64,000 nucleotides of DNA from a virus (lineage: Duplodnaviria; Heunggongvirae; Uroviricota; Caudoviricetes): the IMG/VR virus record IMGVR_UViG_3300029922_000006; one strand, given 5' to 3'. A program made the position numbers and the translations under genes. Position 1 is the first letter of the stretch; every line of letters begins with the position of its first letter. Positions 16,161 through 24,171 of this stretch are shown piece after piece. Under the pieces are notes generated by a model that had not been told where the DNA came from, ran no database searches, and worked only from the letters and a program-made list of their open reading frames with translations.

Positions 16161-16378
16161 AGAAAAACCACCACGCCACCCTCACCAAGCGCCAATTCGA
16201 GGACTTCGCTCCTTACAAGGACAAAATCCAGAACTCACAGGTCTACCGCTTTCACTCATCAGGCGCACAACTATCTGTCCGCGCCTCCGTCGCGGCCAAC
16301 GGGCTCCACTACATCTCCACAAACATGGCCCCCGCTAGCCTCATAATAATCTTGATTAAACTGGGCCTTCACCTATGA
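16157..16378 (+). CDS. micro-protein 2 (73 aa)
   Basis: ATGA overlap; motif LIIILIKLGL. Confidence 0.65.
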   Translation: MKKNHHATLTKRQFEDFAPYKDKIQNSQVYRFHSSGAQLSVRASVAANGLHYISTNMAPASLIIILIKLGLHL

Positions 16379-16533
16379 ATGACTACATGACTAAACTAAA
16401 ACACTACTCTCAGCTCTACATGTTCCTCAAACAATTGGGCCTATCCGCTCCACTCGTCATGAACTCCAACGACGTCCACAACATTCACTTTGACGGGCAG
16501 ACCCTCTCCTACTCTGGGACCACATCATGGTAG
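16375..16533 (+). CDS. micro-protein 3 (52 aa)
   Basis: ATGA overlap; motif LYMFLKQLGL; not in track. Confidence 0.6.
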   Translation: MNDYMTKLKHYSQLYMFLKQLGLSAPLVMNSNDVHNIHFDGQTLSYSGTTSW

Positions 16534-16781
16534 TAGCCGAACGCCCACTCACCTGTCAAATTGAGATGAACTATGGAAACGTCGACATCTCGTTCGTGGT
16601 TCCTCATCGTGCTCACGAGTCCAAACTTCCGCAGCTACAACAGGCCCTCTACTCTTCGCTCTACCAGCGATTCATCGGGCAAAGACAGACCTCGGCCCGC
16701 CTCGATGAGATGCGATCGATCGTGGACTCGACGGCTCCACTTCTCTATCTACTCCTTCAACTTGGCGTGAGGATAGCATGA
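16527..16781 (+). CDS. micro-protein 4 (84 aa)
   Basis: 7-nt overlap; motif LLYLLLQLGV. Confidence 0.65.
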   Translation: MVVAERPLTCQIEMNYGNVDISFVVPHRAHESKLPQLQQALYSSLYQRFIGQRQTSARLDEMRSIVDSTAPLLYLLLQLGVRIA

Positions 16782-16927
16782 TCCACGTCCTTACTCCTGA
16801 GGAGTTCTCACACTTCGTCGACCTATGGAATATCTTGGGTAAACTCAAGGCCATGCCGTCCTACAGCATCGTCTACCATCGGGACCGATCTGGCCGCTGC
16901 ACCGAAGTACATGTGGAGTTCCCATGA
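16778..16927 (+). CDS. micro-protein 5 (49 aa)
   Basis: ATGA overlap; motif LWNILGKLKA; not in track. Confidence 0.6.
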   Translation: MIHVLTPEEFSHFVDLWNILGKLKAMPSYSIVYHRDRSGRCTEVHVEFP

Positions 16928-17097
16928 GCTACATTCCTTGCTCGTGCGACGACCTCGTCGGAGCACCTATCACCGAGATCAATGTCAAGGCACTTCCGCT
17001 CATCAAGCTCTTGCATAAACTTCTCCACGGGAACAGGCCTCACCGTCTTGACCCGTACTGGGAGCCGGACGACTACTATGACACAGGTGTATCGTGA
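16924..17097 (+). CDS. micro-protein 6 (57 aa)
   Basis: ATGA overlap; motif LIKLLHKLLH; not in track. Confidence 0.6.
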   Translation: MSYIPCSCDDLVGAPITEINVKALPLIKLLHKLLHGNRPHRLDPYWEPDDYYDTGVS

Positions 17098-17240
17098 GAC
17101 TTCACGGCATCTCTATAGAGTTCAAAGACTCCGAGTATCGAGGAGTCAGTACTCTTCACTGCACGCGTGCTCTTCCACGGCTTCTGAACCTAATGTTTCA
17201 GCTGAACCTCATCAAGGGCTTCTCGGTGACCGAGCTATGA
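17094..17240 (+). CDS. micro-protein 7 (48 aa)
   Basis: GTGA overlap; motif LLNLMFQLNL; not in track. Confidence 0.55.
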   Translation: MRLHGISIEFKDSEYRGVSTLHCTRALPRLLNLMFQLNLIKGFSVTEL

Positions 17241-17443
17241 GCTTGTTTCAGAAGTGGAGCCACTACAGGTATATTGGCGAGACCGACGATGAGTTCCGGA
17301 CCCGTATCATCGGGGATGCGAACCAGCGCTTCAACATGATCATCGTCTTAGCCAAGCTCGGTATTCAGGAAGCTAGAGATCAGCTGAGCAAGGCCGGAGT
17401 TGAGTGGGCGAGCGACAGATGGTTTAACGACGGCGGACGATAG
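17237..17443 (+). CDS. micro-protein 8 (68 aa)
   Basis: ATGA overlap; motif MIIVLAKLGI; 3' part of track ORF 16982..17443. Confidence 0.65.
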   Translation: MSLFQKWSHYRYIGETDDEFRTRIIGDANQRFNMIIVLAKLGIQEARDQLSKAGVEWASDRWFNDGGR

Positions 17444-17456
17444 CCCAAAGTTCTAG

Positions 17457-17462
17457 TATAAT
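17457..17462 (+). promoter_or_regulatory. -10 box, leaderless-type
   Basis: TATAAT-N6-ATG(17469). Confidence 0.55.
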
Positions 17463-17468
17463 AAAGAT

Positions 17469-17762
17469 ATGGAATACTTGGCACTCTCAGCAAACGGTCA
17501 GTGGTCTTTACATAAGAACACTAACGACCACGATGCAGACTCGGTTGCTCCGCACACAGCGGACACACGACCGTATGAAGTATTTCAAGGACACTCGATG
17601 ACGGGTCAACTCGCAGTTGACCACGGCAGTCAGGGTACTCTCCACGATTTCGGCGGCGGTAGCCGACCGAAAGCAGAACACACCAAGCAAGCACGCATCG
17701 GACAACCGAATCACCCGGTAGACTCGATGTACAGTGATCGTCACCCGGGCGACGGCGAATAG
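17469..17762 (+). CDS. His/Asp/Gly-rich disordered protein
   Basis: 97 aa; N-terminal LALSANGQWSLHK then low-complexity polar sequence. Confidence 0.65.
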   Translation: MEYLALSANGQWSLHKNTNDHDADSVAPHTADTRPYEVFQGHSMTGQLAVDHGSQGTLHDFGGGSRPKAEHTKQARIGQPNHPVDSMYSDRHPGDGE

Positions 17763-17768
17763 TATAAT
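17763..17768 (+). promoter_or_regulatory. -10 box, leaderless-type
   Basis: TATAAT-N6-ATG(17775). Confidence 0.55.
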
Positions 17769-17774
17769 CGCCGC

Positions 17775-18023
17775 ATGGCGATTGTTCCAAAGACATTTGA
17801 TCAGATAATGGGCGAGAGCATTGCTTCTTTGAGCAAGGCACTTGAGGTAGAGATGTTCTATGGACATCCACGCCCTGAGGAAAAGCTTTGCGGTTTGCTC
17901 AGCAAGCTTGGTATTAAGAGTGCTCGCAGCTTCAGCATGTTTAAGTTTGAAGGACTTGACACAATTTTGAAGTCTGTTACGTTTGATAGCACTCAGCTCA
18001 AACTATGGAAAGATATTAAGTAA
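17775..18023 (+). CDS. micro-protein 9 (82 aa)
   Basis: motif LCGLLSKLGI followed by KSAR. Confidence 0.65.
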   Translation: MAIVPKTFDQIMGESIASLSKALEVEMFYGHPRPEEKLCGLLSKLGIKSARSFSMFKFEGLDTILKSVTFDSTQLKLWKDIK

Positions 18024-18095
18024 CTTAGTTCTAACTCATTATATTGCATCTGGCAAGGGGCCCCGTCGAAGCGCGGGCGCTTAGGAGAAATACGA

Positions 18096-18314
18096 ATGCT
18101 GACAAATATGTTCGATAGCACTTCCACTCTGAAGCTGTTTCGTATTCTGTATCAACTGAACATCATCACTGATTTTTATCATAAGAAACATGCATTTTCG
18201 GCTCTGACTAAAATGATTAACCCGCCAGAGCCGAAAGAGAACTGGATTAGATTCGCCAGCGTAAGTCTTCAGATAGATTATATTGAGCTAATACCGGTGA
18301 CCAGACGTGGATGA
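18096..18314 (+). CDS. micro-protein 10 (72 aa)
   Basis: AGGAG SD; motif LFRILYQLNI. Confidence 0.65.
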   Translation: MLTNMFDSTSTLKLFRILYQLNIITDFYHKKHAFSALTKMINPPEPKENWIRFASVSLQIDYIELIPVTRRG

Positions 18315-18414
18315 TTACGTCGATCGACGCAAGTCAACCAAGCTAAAGATCTTACTCGCGAAGCTTGGAATCAAGAGCGCACGCCCTGCTGTTTCAAGCT
18401 TATCAGGTTACTAA
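18307..18414 (+). CDS. micro-protein 11 (35 aa)
   Basis: GTG start overlapping previous stop; motif LKILLAKLGI followed by KSAR; not in track. Confidence 0.5.
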   Translation: MDDYVDRRKSTKLKILLAKLGIKSARPAVSSLSGY

Positions 18415-18453
18415 TTGAGTTGAAATGTGTAAGCTGCAAAAGAATCAGCTTGT

Positions 18454-18735
18454 CTACTTCTTGGCACGCTGAGACGACGTTAAGTCTTGAATATGGCGTT
18501 CAAGGGCCATCGACGCTTCAAAGTAAGCCTCGGCCTTTTCATAAGGTGTTAAACACCCTTTAGTAGAAGGATCATAGGATACAAGAGTGAGCTGGTAGCG
18601 AACTGGCCCACCGTCTTCTGAGAGTTGTATTCTCTTTGTAACGGTCTCAATAGTACCTATGACTCTAAGACGCCTCAATAGCATATAGACATGATGCACT
18701 GAAGTAACTTGATCGGACGTCAATCTGTTGAACAT
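18454..18735 (-). CDS. micro-protein 12 (93 aa)
   Basis: motif VYMLLRRLRV. Confidence 0.6.
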   Translation of the reverse strand: MFNRLTSDQVTSVHHVYMLLRRLRVIGTIETVTKRIQLSEDGGPVRYQLTLVSYDPSTKGCLTPYEKAEAYFEASMALERHIQDLTSSQRAKK

Positions 18736-18905
18736 GCATCCTCTGCAATCATCTTGCCAAGTCGAGCCATATAGTCAGTCCAGGTTGCTGCCGCAGGTTC
18801 AAATGATGAGCGAATGCCAAGGTCACGAAGAAAATACAATAGTCGGAAATGTAGTTCCAACTTCTGTAGATCTTGTATCTTCTGGTACCGCCCAATCCGC
18901 GTCAT
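18720..18905 (-). CDS. micro-protein 13 (61 aa)
   Basis: TATAAC-N7-ATG; motif LLYFLRDLGI. Confidence 0.6.
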   Translation of the reverse strand: MTRIGRYQKIQDLQKLELHFRLLYFLRDLGIRSSFEPAAATWTDYMARLGKMIAEDACSTD

Positions 18906-18913
18906 GTACCTAG

Positions 18914-19045
18914 TTATACTAGCTTCGACTTATGTGTGTATAGCAATTTGGCAAGAAAGAACTTTAGGTCAATAGCATAGTACAGATCGATTGCCTCTTT
19001 ATTGTTCTTGAAACGAATAACAACAGGGCGCTTTTGATCTTTCAT
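18914..19045 (-). CDS. micro-protein 14 (43 aa)
   Basis: AAGGAAG SD; motif LKFFLAKLLY; not in track. Confidence 0.55.
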   Translation of the reverse strand: MKDQKRPVVIRFKNNKEAIDLYYAIDLKFFLAKLLYTHKSKLV

Positions 19046-19074
19046 AAGTACTTCCTTTGATGAGGACCTAGTAC

Positions 19075-19350
19075 TTATATTTTATCAGGTTCTTCGGAAA
19101 GCATCTCTTCTATAAGCTTATCGCCTAGCTTTTGTTCGTATAGGTCTTTCAGCAGCTTATCGTATGTAGATGTTCTTAGGTTGTAGCCGTACTTCTGTTC
19201 CCGGCGCATTTTGTTCTTAGGTCCGCCTAGTGTGCCCTGAAGATAAGAGATATCGTCACAGCTTACGAAACGTAGTTCAGATTTGATCTTGTCAACAACT
19301 AGTTGTTCTCTTCTAATGTCTTCTGTGTCGAACGCCATACCATCTCCCAA
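19075..19350 (-). CDS. hypothetical protein
   Basis: 91-aa ORF; C-terminal LIEEML helix. Confidence 0.6.
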   Translation of the reverse strand: MGDGMAFDTEDIRREQLVVDKIKSELRFVSCDDISYLQGTLGGPKNKMRREQKYGYNLRTSTYDKLLKDLYEQKLGDKLIEEMLSEEPDKI

Positions 19351-19357
19351 GACACTC

Positions 19358-19603
19358 TCACTTGATCTTCAATAAACGATACATAAAAGTAATGAGATGA
19401 TACTTCGCCTGATCTTGCTTATGTCGAAGGAATAAGTCAGTTACTACTGCTTGTCCCATCGATGCTGCTCGATGTCCAGGGGTTCCTGCTCGTCCACAAG
19501 AGCATGATGTGTTATGACATCCAAAGCCATTTTTGCTCTTTGTGCTGGTGACGGTGGGTTCGGGTACAGAAACTCCGGGAGACACATTGCTTTGAACGGA
19601 CAT
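19358..19603 (-). CDS. micro-protein 15 (start uncertain)
   Basis: C-terminal LITFMYRLLKI; 5' part overlaps 19444..19725 so true start likely downstream. Confidence 0.4.
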   Translation of the reverse strand: MSVQSNVSPGVSVPEPTVTSTKSKNGFGCHNTSCSCGRAGTPGHRAASMGQAVVTDLFLRHKQDQAKYHLITFMYRLLKIK

Positions 19604-19725
19604 ACTTTACACCTTTGCGATTCCATGCACTTCCCGTCTAGGGAAGCAATCTGTTCTAAAATTGTTGAGTCATTTTTACTTAGTGCCATCTGGCTCTCCA
19701 AGCAAATCATCAACAGCTTTATCAA
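19444..19725 (-). CDS. Cys-cluster protein B
   Basis: ILEQIASLDGKC...CKVCPF...C; probable start MALSK near 19689. Confidence 0.6.
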   Translation of the reverse strand: MIKLLMICLESQMALSKNDSTILEQIASLDGKCMESQRCKVCPFKAMCLPEFLYPNPPSPAQRAKMALDVITHHALVDEQEPLDIEQHRWDKQ

Positions 19726-19939
19726 TCAGTATACGTGAGGCGACTTCTTTATATTTAGCGTCGGCCTGCTCTTCAGATAGATCTTCTACCCCAAGGGCTT
19801 CCACACATGACAAGAATGAGCCGTTTGATTTCTTTTTGAGCTTAGACAACGGACAGGACTTACAGATGGACGGTTTGGCCCACAGGGTACAAGAGCCCTC
19901 GGAATCTACGATTTTCTTCAATATGTCCATGCTATCCAT
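19676..19939 (-). CDS. Cys-cluster protein A
   Basis: ILKKIVDSEGSC...CKSCPL...C; TATAAT (minus) at 19964-69. Confidence 0.65.
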   Translation of the reverse strand: MDSMDILKKIVDSEGSCTLWAKPSICKSCPLSKLKKKSNGSFLSCVEALGVEDLSEEQADAKYKEVASRILIDKAVDDLLGEPDGTK

Positions 19940-19991
19940 TTGTTTCAGATGATCCTAAAGAAGATTATACAGTACCTATTAACTAGGATGA

Positions 19992-19997
19992 TATAAT
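19992..19997 (+). promoter_or_regulatory. extended -10 box, leaderless-type
   Basis: TGA-TATAAT-N6-ATG(20004); divergent from TATAAT at 19964-69. Confidence 0.55.
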
Positions 19998-20003
19998 GTG
20001 TCA

Positions 20004-20495
20004 ATGGAAGAGACAAAGTATTGTCAGTACTGCGATAAGAATAAACCACTAGATGCATTTCAAAAGAGTCGTGCTAAGTGCAGACCTTGTAGAACTCTTG
20101 AGACCAAGAAGTGGAAACAAGAGAATTCTGACCAGCATTATCTATATCAAAAAGAGTATAAGGCAAAACGATATAAGTCGGATCTCAACTTTAAGATTAA
20201 GGTCATCTTAAGATCTCGTGTTCGTAAATTTCTCAAGAACAATTGGAAGAGTGGGTCGTCAGTCGACATGCTCGGTTGCTCTGTAGAAGATTTTAAGTTA
20301 CATATAGAGTCAAAGTGGCAAGAAGGAATGTCGTGGGATAACTGGTCAAAACTTGGCTGGCATCTAGACCACATACTTCCTCTAGACTCATTCGATCTTT
20401 CTAAACCAGAAGATATGGCTAAGGCATGCCACTTCACGAATCTCCAACCGTTATGGGCTCTAGAGAATTGTATTAAGTCAAACAAGGTAGAATAA
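20004..20495 (+). CDS. HNH homing endonuclease
   Basis: N-terminal CxxC...CxxC; WHLDHILP...CHFTNLQPLW..EN; probable ATG start 20004. Confidence 0.85.
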   Translation: MEETKYCQYCDKNKPLDAFQKSRAKCRPCRTLETKKWKQENSDQHYLYQKEYKAKRYKSDLNFKIKVILRSRVRKFLKNNWKSGSSVDMLGCSVEDFKLHIESKWQEGMSWDNWSKLGWHLDHILPLDSFDLSKPEDMAKACHFTNLQPLWALENCIKSNKVE

Positions 20496-20499
20496 AGCC

Positions 20500-21324
20500 A
20501 TGAGTATGGATCGCCCGAACCAACAGTTTCCGAACCCACCCGCGACCTCAGTCACCTCGACTCCGTCGCCGATGCCGATCTATCTTCCAGATCCTAGTAT
20601 CAAGGGTGCCAGTTTCGATCAACTCCTTTCTCAACGTGGAATTCGCTTCATTCACTACAAAGCGATTCCTTGCATGAACATCAAGAGCACTGACTTTGAA
20701 GCTCATGAGCCTGACTGTCAGTTCTGCGATGACTCAGGAATTATCTACTACGCTCAAAACGAGATCTGGGGCGTATTTTCAGGAAATAGTATAGAGAAGA
20801 CGTTTGAAGCCCACGGTGTGTGGGAGACTGGTAGCGCAGTCGTAACGCTTCCTACAACGTACCCAGACGGCACGCAAGCAGACTTCAATACCTTTGACAG
20901 GCTAGAGATGCCGGATTACACCGTGCGCCTCTGGGAGCTTAAGGGATATGAGCCTCGTCCCGGCAACATACAAGAGCTTCGTTATCCCGTTGAGAAGGTT
21001 GAGTTCGCATCTACAATTGTAGATGGAGTCCAGACTTTTTATTATCCAGATGTTGACTTCACGGTGAACGCCGACGGTCAGATCGTTTGGATAGATGGCC
21101 GTCAGCCAGAGTATAGTGCTGCTTTAGAGCGTGGTGCTGTTGTTGGTTGGGCGTATTTCGCTAAGCCAGTCTATGTGGTTCTCCAGTCACTTCGTGAACT
21201 TAGAATCACACAGGAACTCGTCGGCGGAGTAAAAACCGCTATACGCTTGCCTCAACAAATCCTTGTTAGACGCGACTTTATGGTGGGTTCTGGTGAAAAG
21301 ATTGTTAATGCCCCTATACGCTGA
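20500..21324 (+). CDS. putative neck / head-closure protein
   Basis: PC...CQFCDDSGIIY motif; position upstream of tail genes. Confidence 0.55.
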   Translation: MSMDRPNQQFPNPPATSVTSTPSPMPIYLPDPSIKGASFDQLLSQRGIRFIHYKAIPCMNIKSTDFEAHEPDCQFCDDSGIIYYAQNEIWGVFSGNSIEKTFEAHGVWETGSAVVTLPTTYPDGTQADFNTFDRLEMPDYTVRLWELKGYEPRPGNIQELRYPVEKVEFASTIVDGVQTFYYPDVDFTVNADGQIVWIDGRQPEYSAALERGAVVGWAYFAKPVYVVLQSLRELRITQELVGGVKTAIRLPQQILVRRDFMVGSGEKIVNAPIR

Positions 21325-21385
21325 GTTAAGCTCGATCTTGAGTTATAATGAACCTATCGAGTTGACGGGAGCTAATTAAACTTAT

Positions 21386-22027
21386 ATGATAAACTATAGC
21401 GATAAAATGAAAATTGCTAGACTATCTAATCCACTGAAAATGGATACAGTTTATCGTTGTTTTTGTGATACCTGCGGTAAAGATAGGGGCTATAAGCGCA
21501 AAGTGGATGCTAATAGGTCATGTTCTTCATGCGTTGCAAAGCAGCGCGTTATTTCAGAGGAAACTAAAGTTAGAATTAGCGATAGTATTAAAAAGTTGCC
21601 ACCAATTTCAAAAGAATCTAGACTTAAGGCTGGATTAAAATTAAAGGGCAGAAAAGTCTCCTTAGAGACTAAGAAAAAATTAAGTTGCATAAAGAGATCT
21701 ATACCTATAGATCAATTTGATGATTTTTTAAACCCTATTAATAAAAGAGATAGGGATTTAATATATAAGAGTGGTCTATCTAAGTCAATTTACGAACGAG
21801 ATAACTTCAGTTGTCAAGTTTGCTATAAAAATGGTAAACTCGTTGCTCACCATAAGAATGGTTTTGACCTATTTCCTCAAGAGCGCTTTGATGTTAACAA
21901 CATAATAACTTTATGCAATAATTGTCATCAAAAGTTTCATAAAAAATTTGGTTATAAAAACAACACCAAAGATCAATTTCAATTATTTTTAAGTGAGGTT
22001 GTAAGTGCCAACAGCAGTCTCACGTAA
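21386..22027 (+). CDS. HNH homing endonuclease
   Basis: RDNFSCQVC...AHH...NIITLCNNCHQKFH; AT-rich relative to neighbours. Confidence 0.85.
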   Translation: MINYSDKMKIARLSNPLKMDTVYRCFCDTCGKDRGYKRKVDANRSCSSCVAKQRVISEETKVRISDSIKKLPPISKESRLKAGLKLKGRKVSLETKKKLSCIKRSIPIDQFDDFLNPINKRDRDLIYKSGLSKSIYERDNFSCQVCYKNGKLVAHHKNGFDLFPQERFDVNNIITLCNNCHQKFHKKFGYKNNTKDQFQLFLSEVVSANSSLT

Positions 22028-23534
22028 ACAATTTCGCCTTATGCAGGCAATTTTGCACGGCAAAATTGATGCTTCAAGATCTCCAAGGGGGGTTCCACCA
22101 AAATCTGTAGCGGCGAAGTATACTTCGCCAGGCGCTGGAGCAAGTGAACAGCATGGTGAAGACCGTGGTGGTTCTTGGGGTGCTAAACATCACGAAAAAG
22201 CTAAATCTAAAGTCAAAGAAGCCCGCAAGGAACGCAAGAAATCTAAGAAAGATTTAAAGAAGTCTTTTGAAGATCACTATGAAGGTCATGCAGCTGCATC
22301 TATTGTCATGAACGACAATAATCAGATCCTTCTTGGTCGCCACTCTACTGGCGGCATGGCATTTCCTGGCGGCCACATGGATATGGCAGACGGCAGTACT
22401 GAGATTACAGCTCTTCGCGAACTTAAAGAAGAAGCTGGTATCACCGGTCGCAACCCCACTAAGGTGTGGTCTGGGAAGTTGAACGGCAACAAGTGCGATG
22501 TGTACTTGGTTGAGTCATTTACTGGTGAACCAAAGTCTACTAAAGAGTTAAAAGATCCTCGCTGGGTCGACGTTGAAGATATCCCTTGGGATGACTTGCG
22601 TGACTGCTGCCACGAGCCATTAGAAAATTTTGTTCGTACTAAGATGCTCAAGTCTCTGCAAGGAATGATTGCAATTGAAAAGCTTGAGAAGAACATCATT
22701 CGTCAGCGTGCTGATGCAGTGATGGAAGTTACTCACGGTGATGCTCTGCGTCTTGTCGGTAACGGCATGTTCCGTAAACTTCGTTCTGAAGTGAAGGGCA
22801 TGAAAGATGAGGACTTCAAAGACTTCCACATCGACACACATAAAGTTACTATCCGTCGCCACATGAGCGATGTATACTCTGGACGCGTCGAAGACGGTCA
22901 CAAAGTCGTTTATCAGTTTACAAACAAGAGCTTACCAGAACTTACTGCCGCTCTTATGTCTGTATTCGAGTGGTATGTTCCTGAGGATGAAGATTTCCTC
23001 AATGACGTACACGACGACGCCTTAGATGACGATGTTATTCATGGTGGGGTTCAGAACCTCATTGAGAATTACAAGCGCCACAACATCGGCAACATCTATC
23101 AAGAGATGGAAACTATTCGCGAGCAGATTCGCAATGGTATGGCCGTTGACTTGCAACAAGTTGAAGCCCGCATCATGAAACTCTTCGATAAACTAGAAGA
23201 AGTAGTCCATGATGTGAGTGATAAACACAACCATCTCGTCGAGATGGCCGGATCAGAGATCGATGAACTTGAGAGCAAACTTCGTGCGTTGCAGAGCAAG
23301 ATCGATGACATGGGTAAAGGTCCTGAGACTGTTACTGCTTACAGCTCTTCACGTCCTAACGTCGCCCAGATCCATGACGACAGTTATCCTTATCTTCCGC
23401 GCCCTCAAGTTGAGATCTCTCCGAACGGAGCTATTAAAATTAGCTTCGGTACTGACTGGACTGACCTTGAGAAACAGAACTTTCTGCATGATATGCGTGC
23501 GAAGGTTGTGAAGCGCGAGAAGATAAATGGTTAA
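22005..23534 (+). CDS. Nudix hydrolase domain fused to basic N-terminus and C-terminal coiled coil
   Basis: FPGGHMDMADGSTEITALRELKEEAGI Nudix box (about 22368-22443). Confidence 0.8.
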   Translation: MPTAVSRKQFRLMQAILHGKIDASRSPRGVPPKSVAAKYTSPGAGASEQHGEDRGGSWGAKHHEKAKSKVKEARKERKKSKKDLKKSFEDHYEGHAAASIVMNDNNQILLGRHSTGGMAFPGGHMDMADGSTEITALRELKEEAGITGRNPTKVWSGKLNGNKCDVYLVESFTGEPKSTKELKDPRWVDVEDIPWDDLRDCCHEPLENFVRTKMLKSLQGMIAIEKLEKNIIRQRADAVMEVTHGDALRLVGNGMFRKLRSEVKGMKDEDFKDFHIDTHKVTIRRHMSDVYSGRVEDGHKVVYQFTNKSLPELTAALMSVFEWYVPEDEDFLNDVHDDALDDDVIHGGVQNLIENYKRHNIGNIYQEMETIREQIRNGMAVDLQQVEARIMKLFDKLEEVVHDVSDKHNHLVEMAGSEIDELESKLRALQSKIDDMGKGPETVTAYSSSRPNVAQIHDDSYPYLPRPQVEISPNGAIKISFGTDWTDLEKQNFLHDMRAKVVKREKING

Positions 23535-24171
23535 CATATATCTTGAACTTGAACGCTTAAAAGTTACTCTACGCAACAAAGGTATGGACGAAGATTTCGT
23601 TAATACTGTAGTTGATAAAGCTGAAGCTGAGATAAATGATCGGCTATCGGAACAGATGTCTAATGCCATGGAGAATGCCATCCAGTCTGGTATGCAGAAG
23701 AAGTCTGCCGACTTCATTAATGACTTACGTCCTGCTCCTGGTGCATTTCAATTGGAGACTGCTTCGGGAAATACTGACTTCTCAGAACCACCCATGCCCA
23801 TGCTCGATAGGCTTCTTGCCTCTGGTGCTAAGCCAATGAAGGATGGATCTGGTATTTATAAGATCATCCCAGTTGGTGCTCCTAGTAAGACGCCTAGACC
23901 TTCTGTAGCCAGTAATATCTTTGAGGCTCAGAAAGCAATAGCGGCCGAAAGGTATGAAACGGCATTAGCTCAGTATAATAAGGTGAAGCCAAAGGGATCC
24001 AAGGTAGAATTTAGGACCGTAACCAGTAAGCAGAATAGAGCAACACAGTGGATCCTACCAGCTAAAGATAAGGACTTCACTGAGGATCTCAAGTCAATTA
24101 ATGCGCTCTTAGATGAGTCTCATGATGACATAGTAATGAGTATAATAAGAGAATATGAGGAAAACTTCTAG
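23527..24171 (+). CDS. putative virion morphogenesis / neck protein
   Basis: synteny between neck and tail-completion genes. Confidence 0.45.
   Translation: MVNIYLELERLKVTLRNKGMDEDFVNTVVDKAEAEINDRLSEQMSNAMENAIQSGMQKKSADFINDLRPAPGAFQLETASGNTDFSEPPMPMLDRLLASGAKPMKDGSGIYKIIPVGAPSKTPRPSVASNIFEAQKAIAAERYETALAQYNKVKPKGSKVEFRTVTSKQNRATQWILPAKDKDFTEDLKSINALLDESHDDIVMSIIREYEENF

Noticed and set aside
16982-17443. 153-aa track ORF
   Set aside because: Its 5' part overlaps two better-supported coupled micro-ORFs; the likely gene starts at ATG 17237 (ATGA overlap).
16002-17443. Micro-ORFs as one long gene broken by stop-codon recoding
   Set aside because: Successive ORFs are in different frames, and long genes elsewhere read correctly with all three standard stops.
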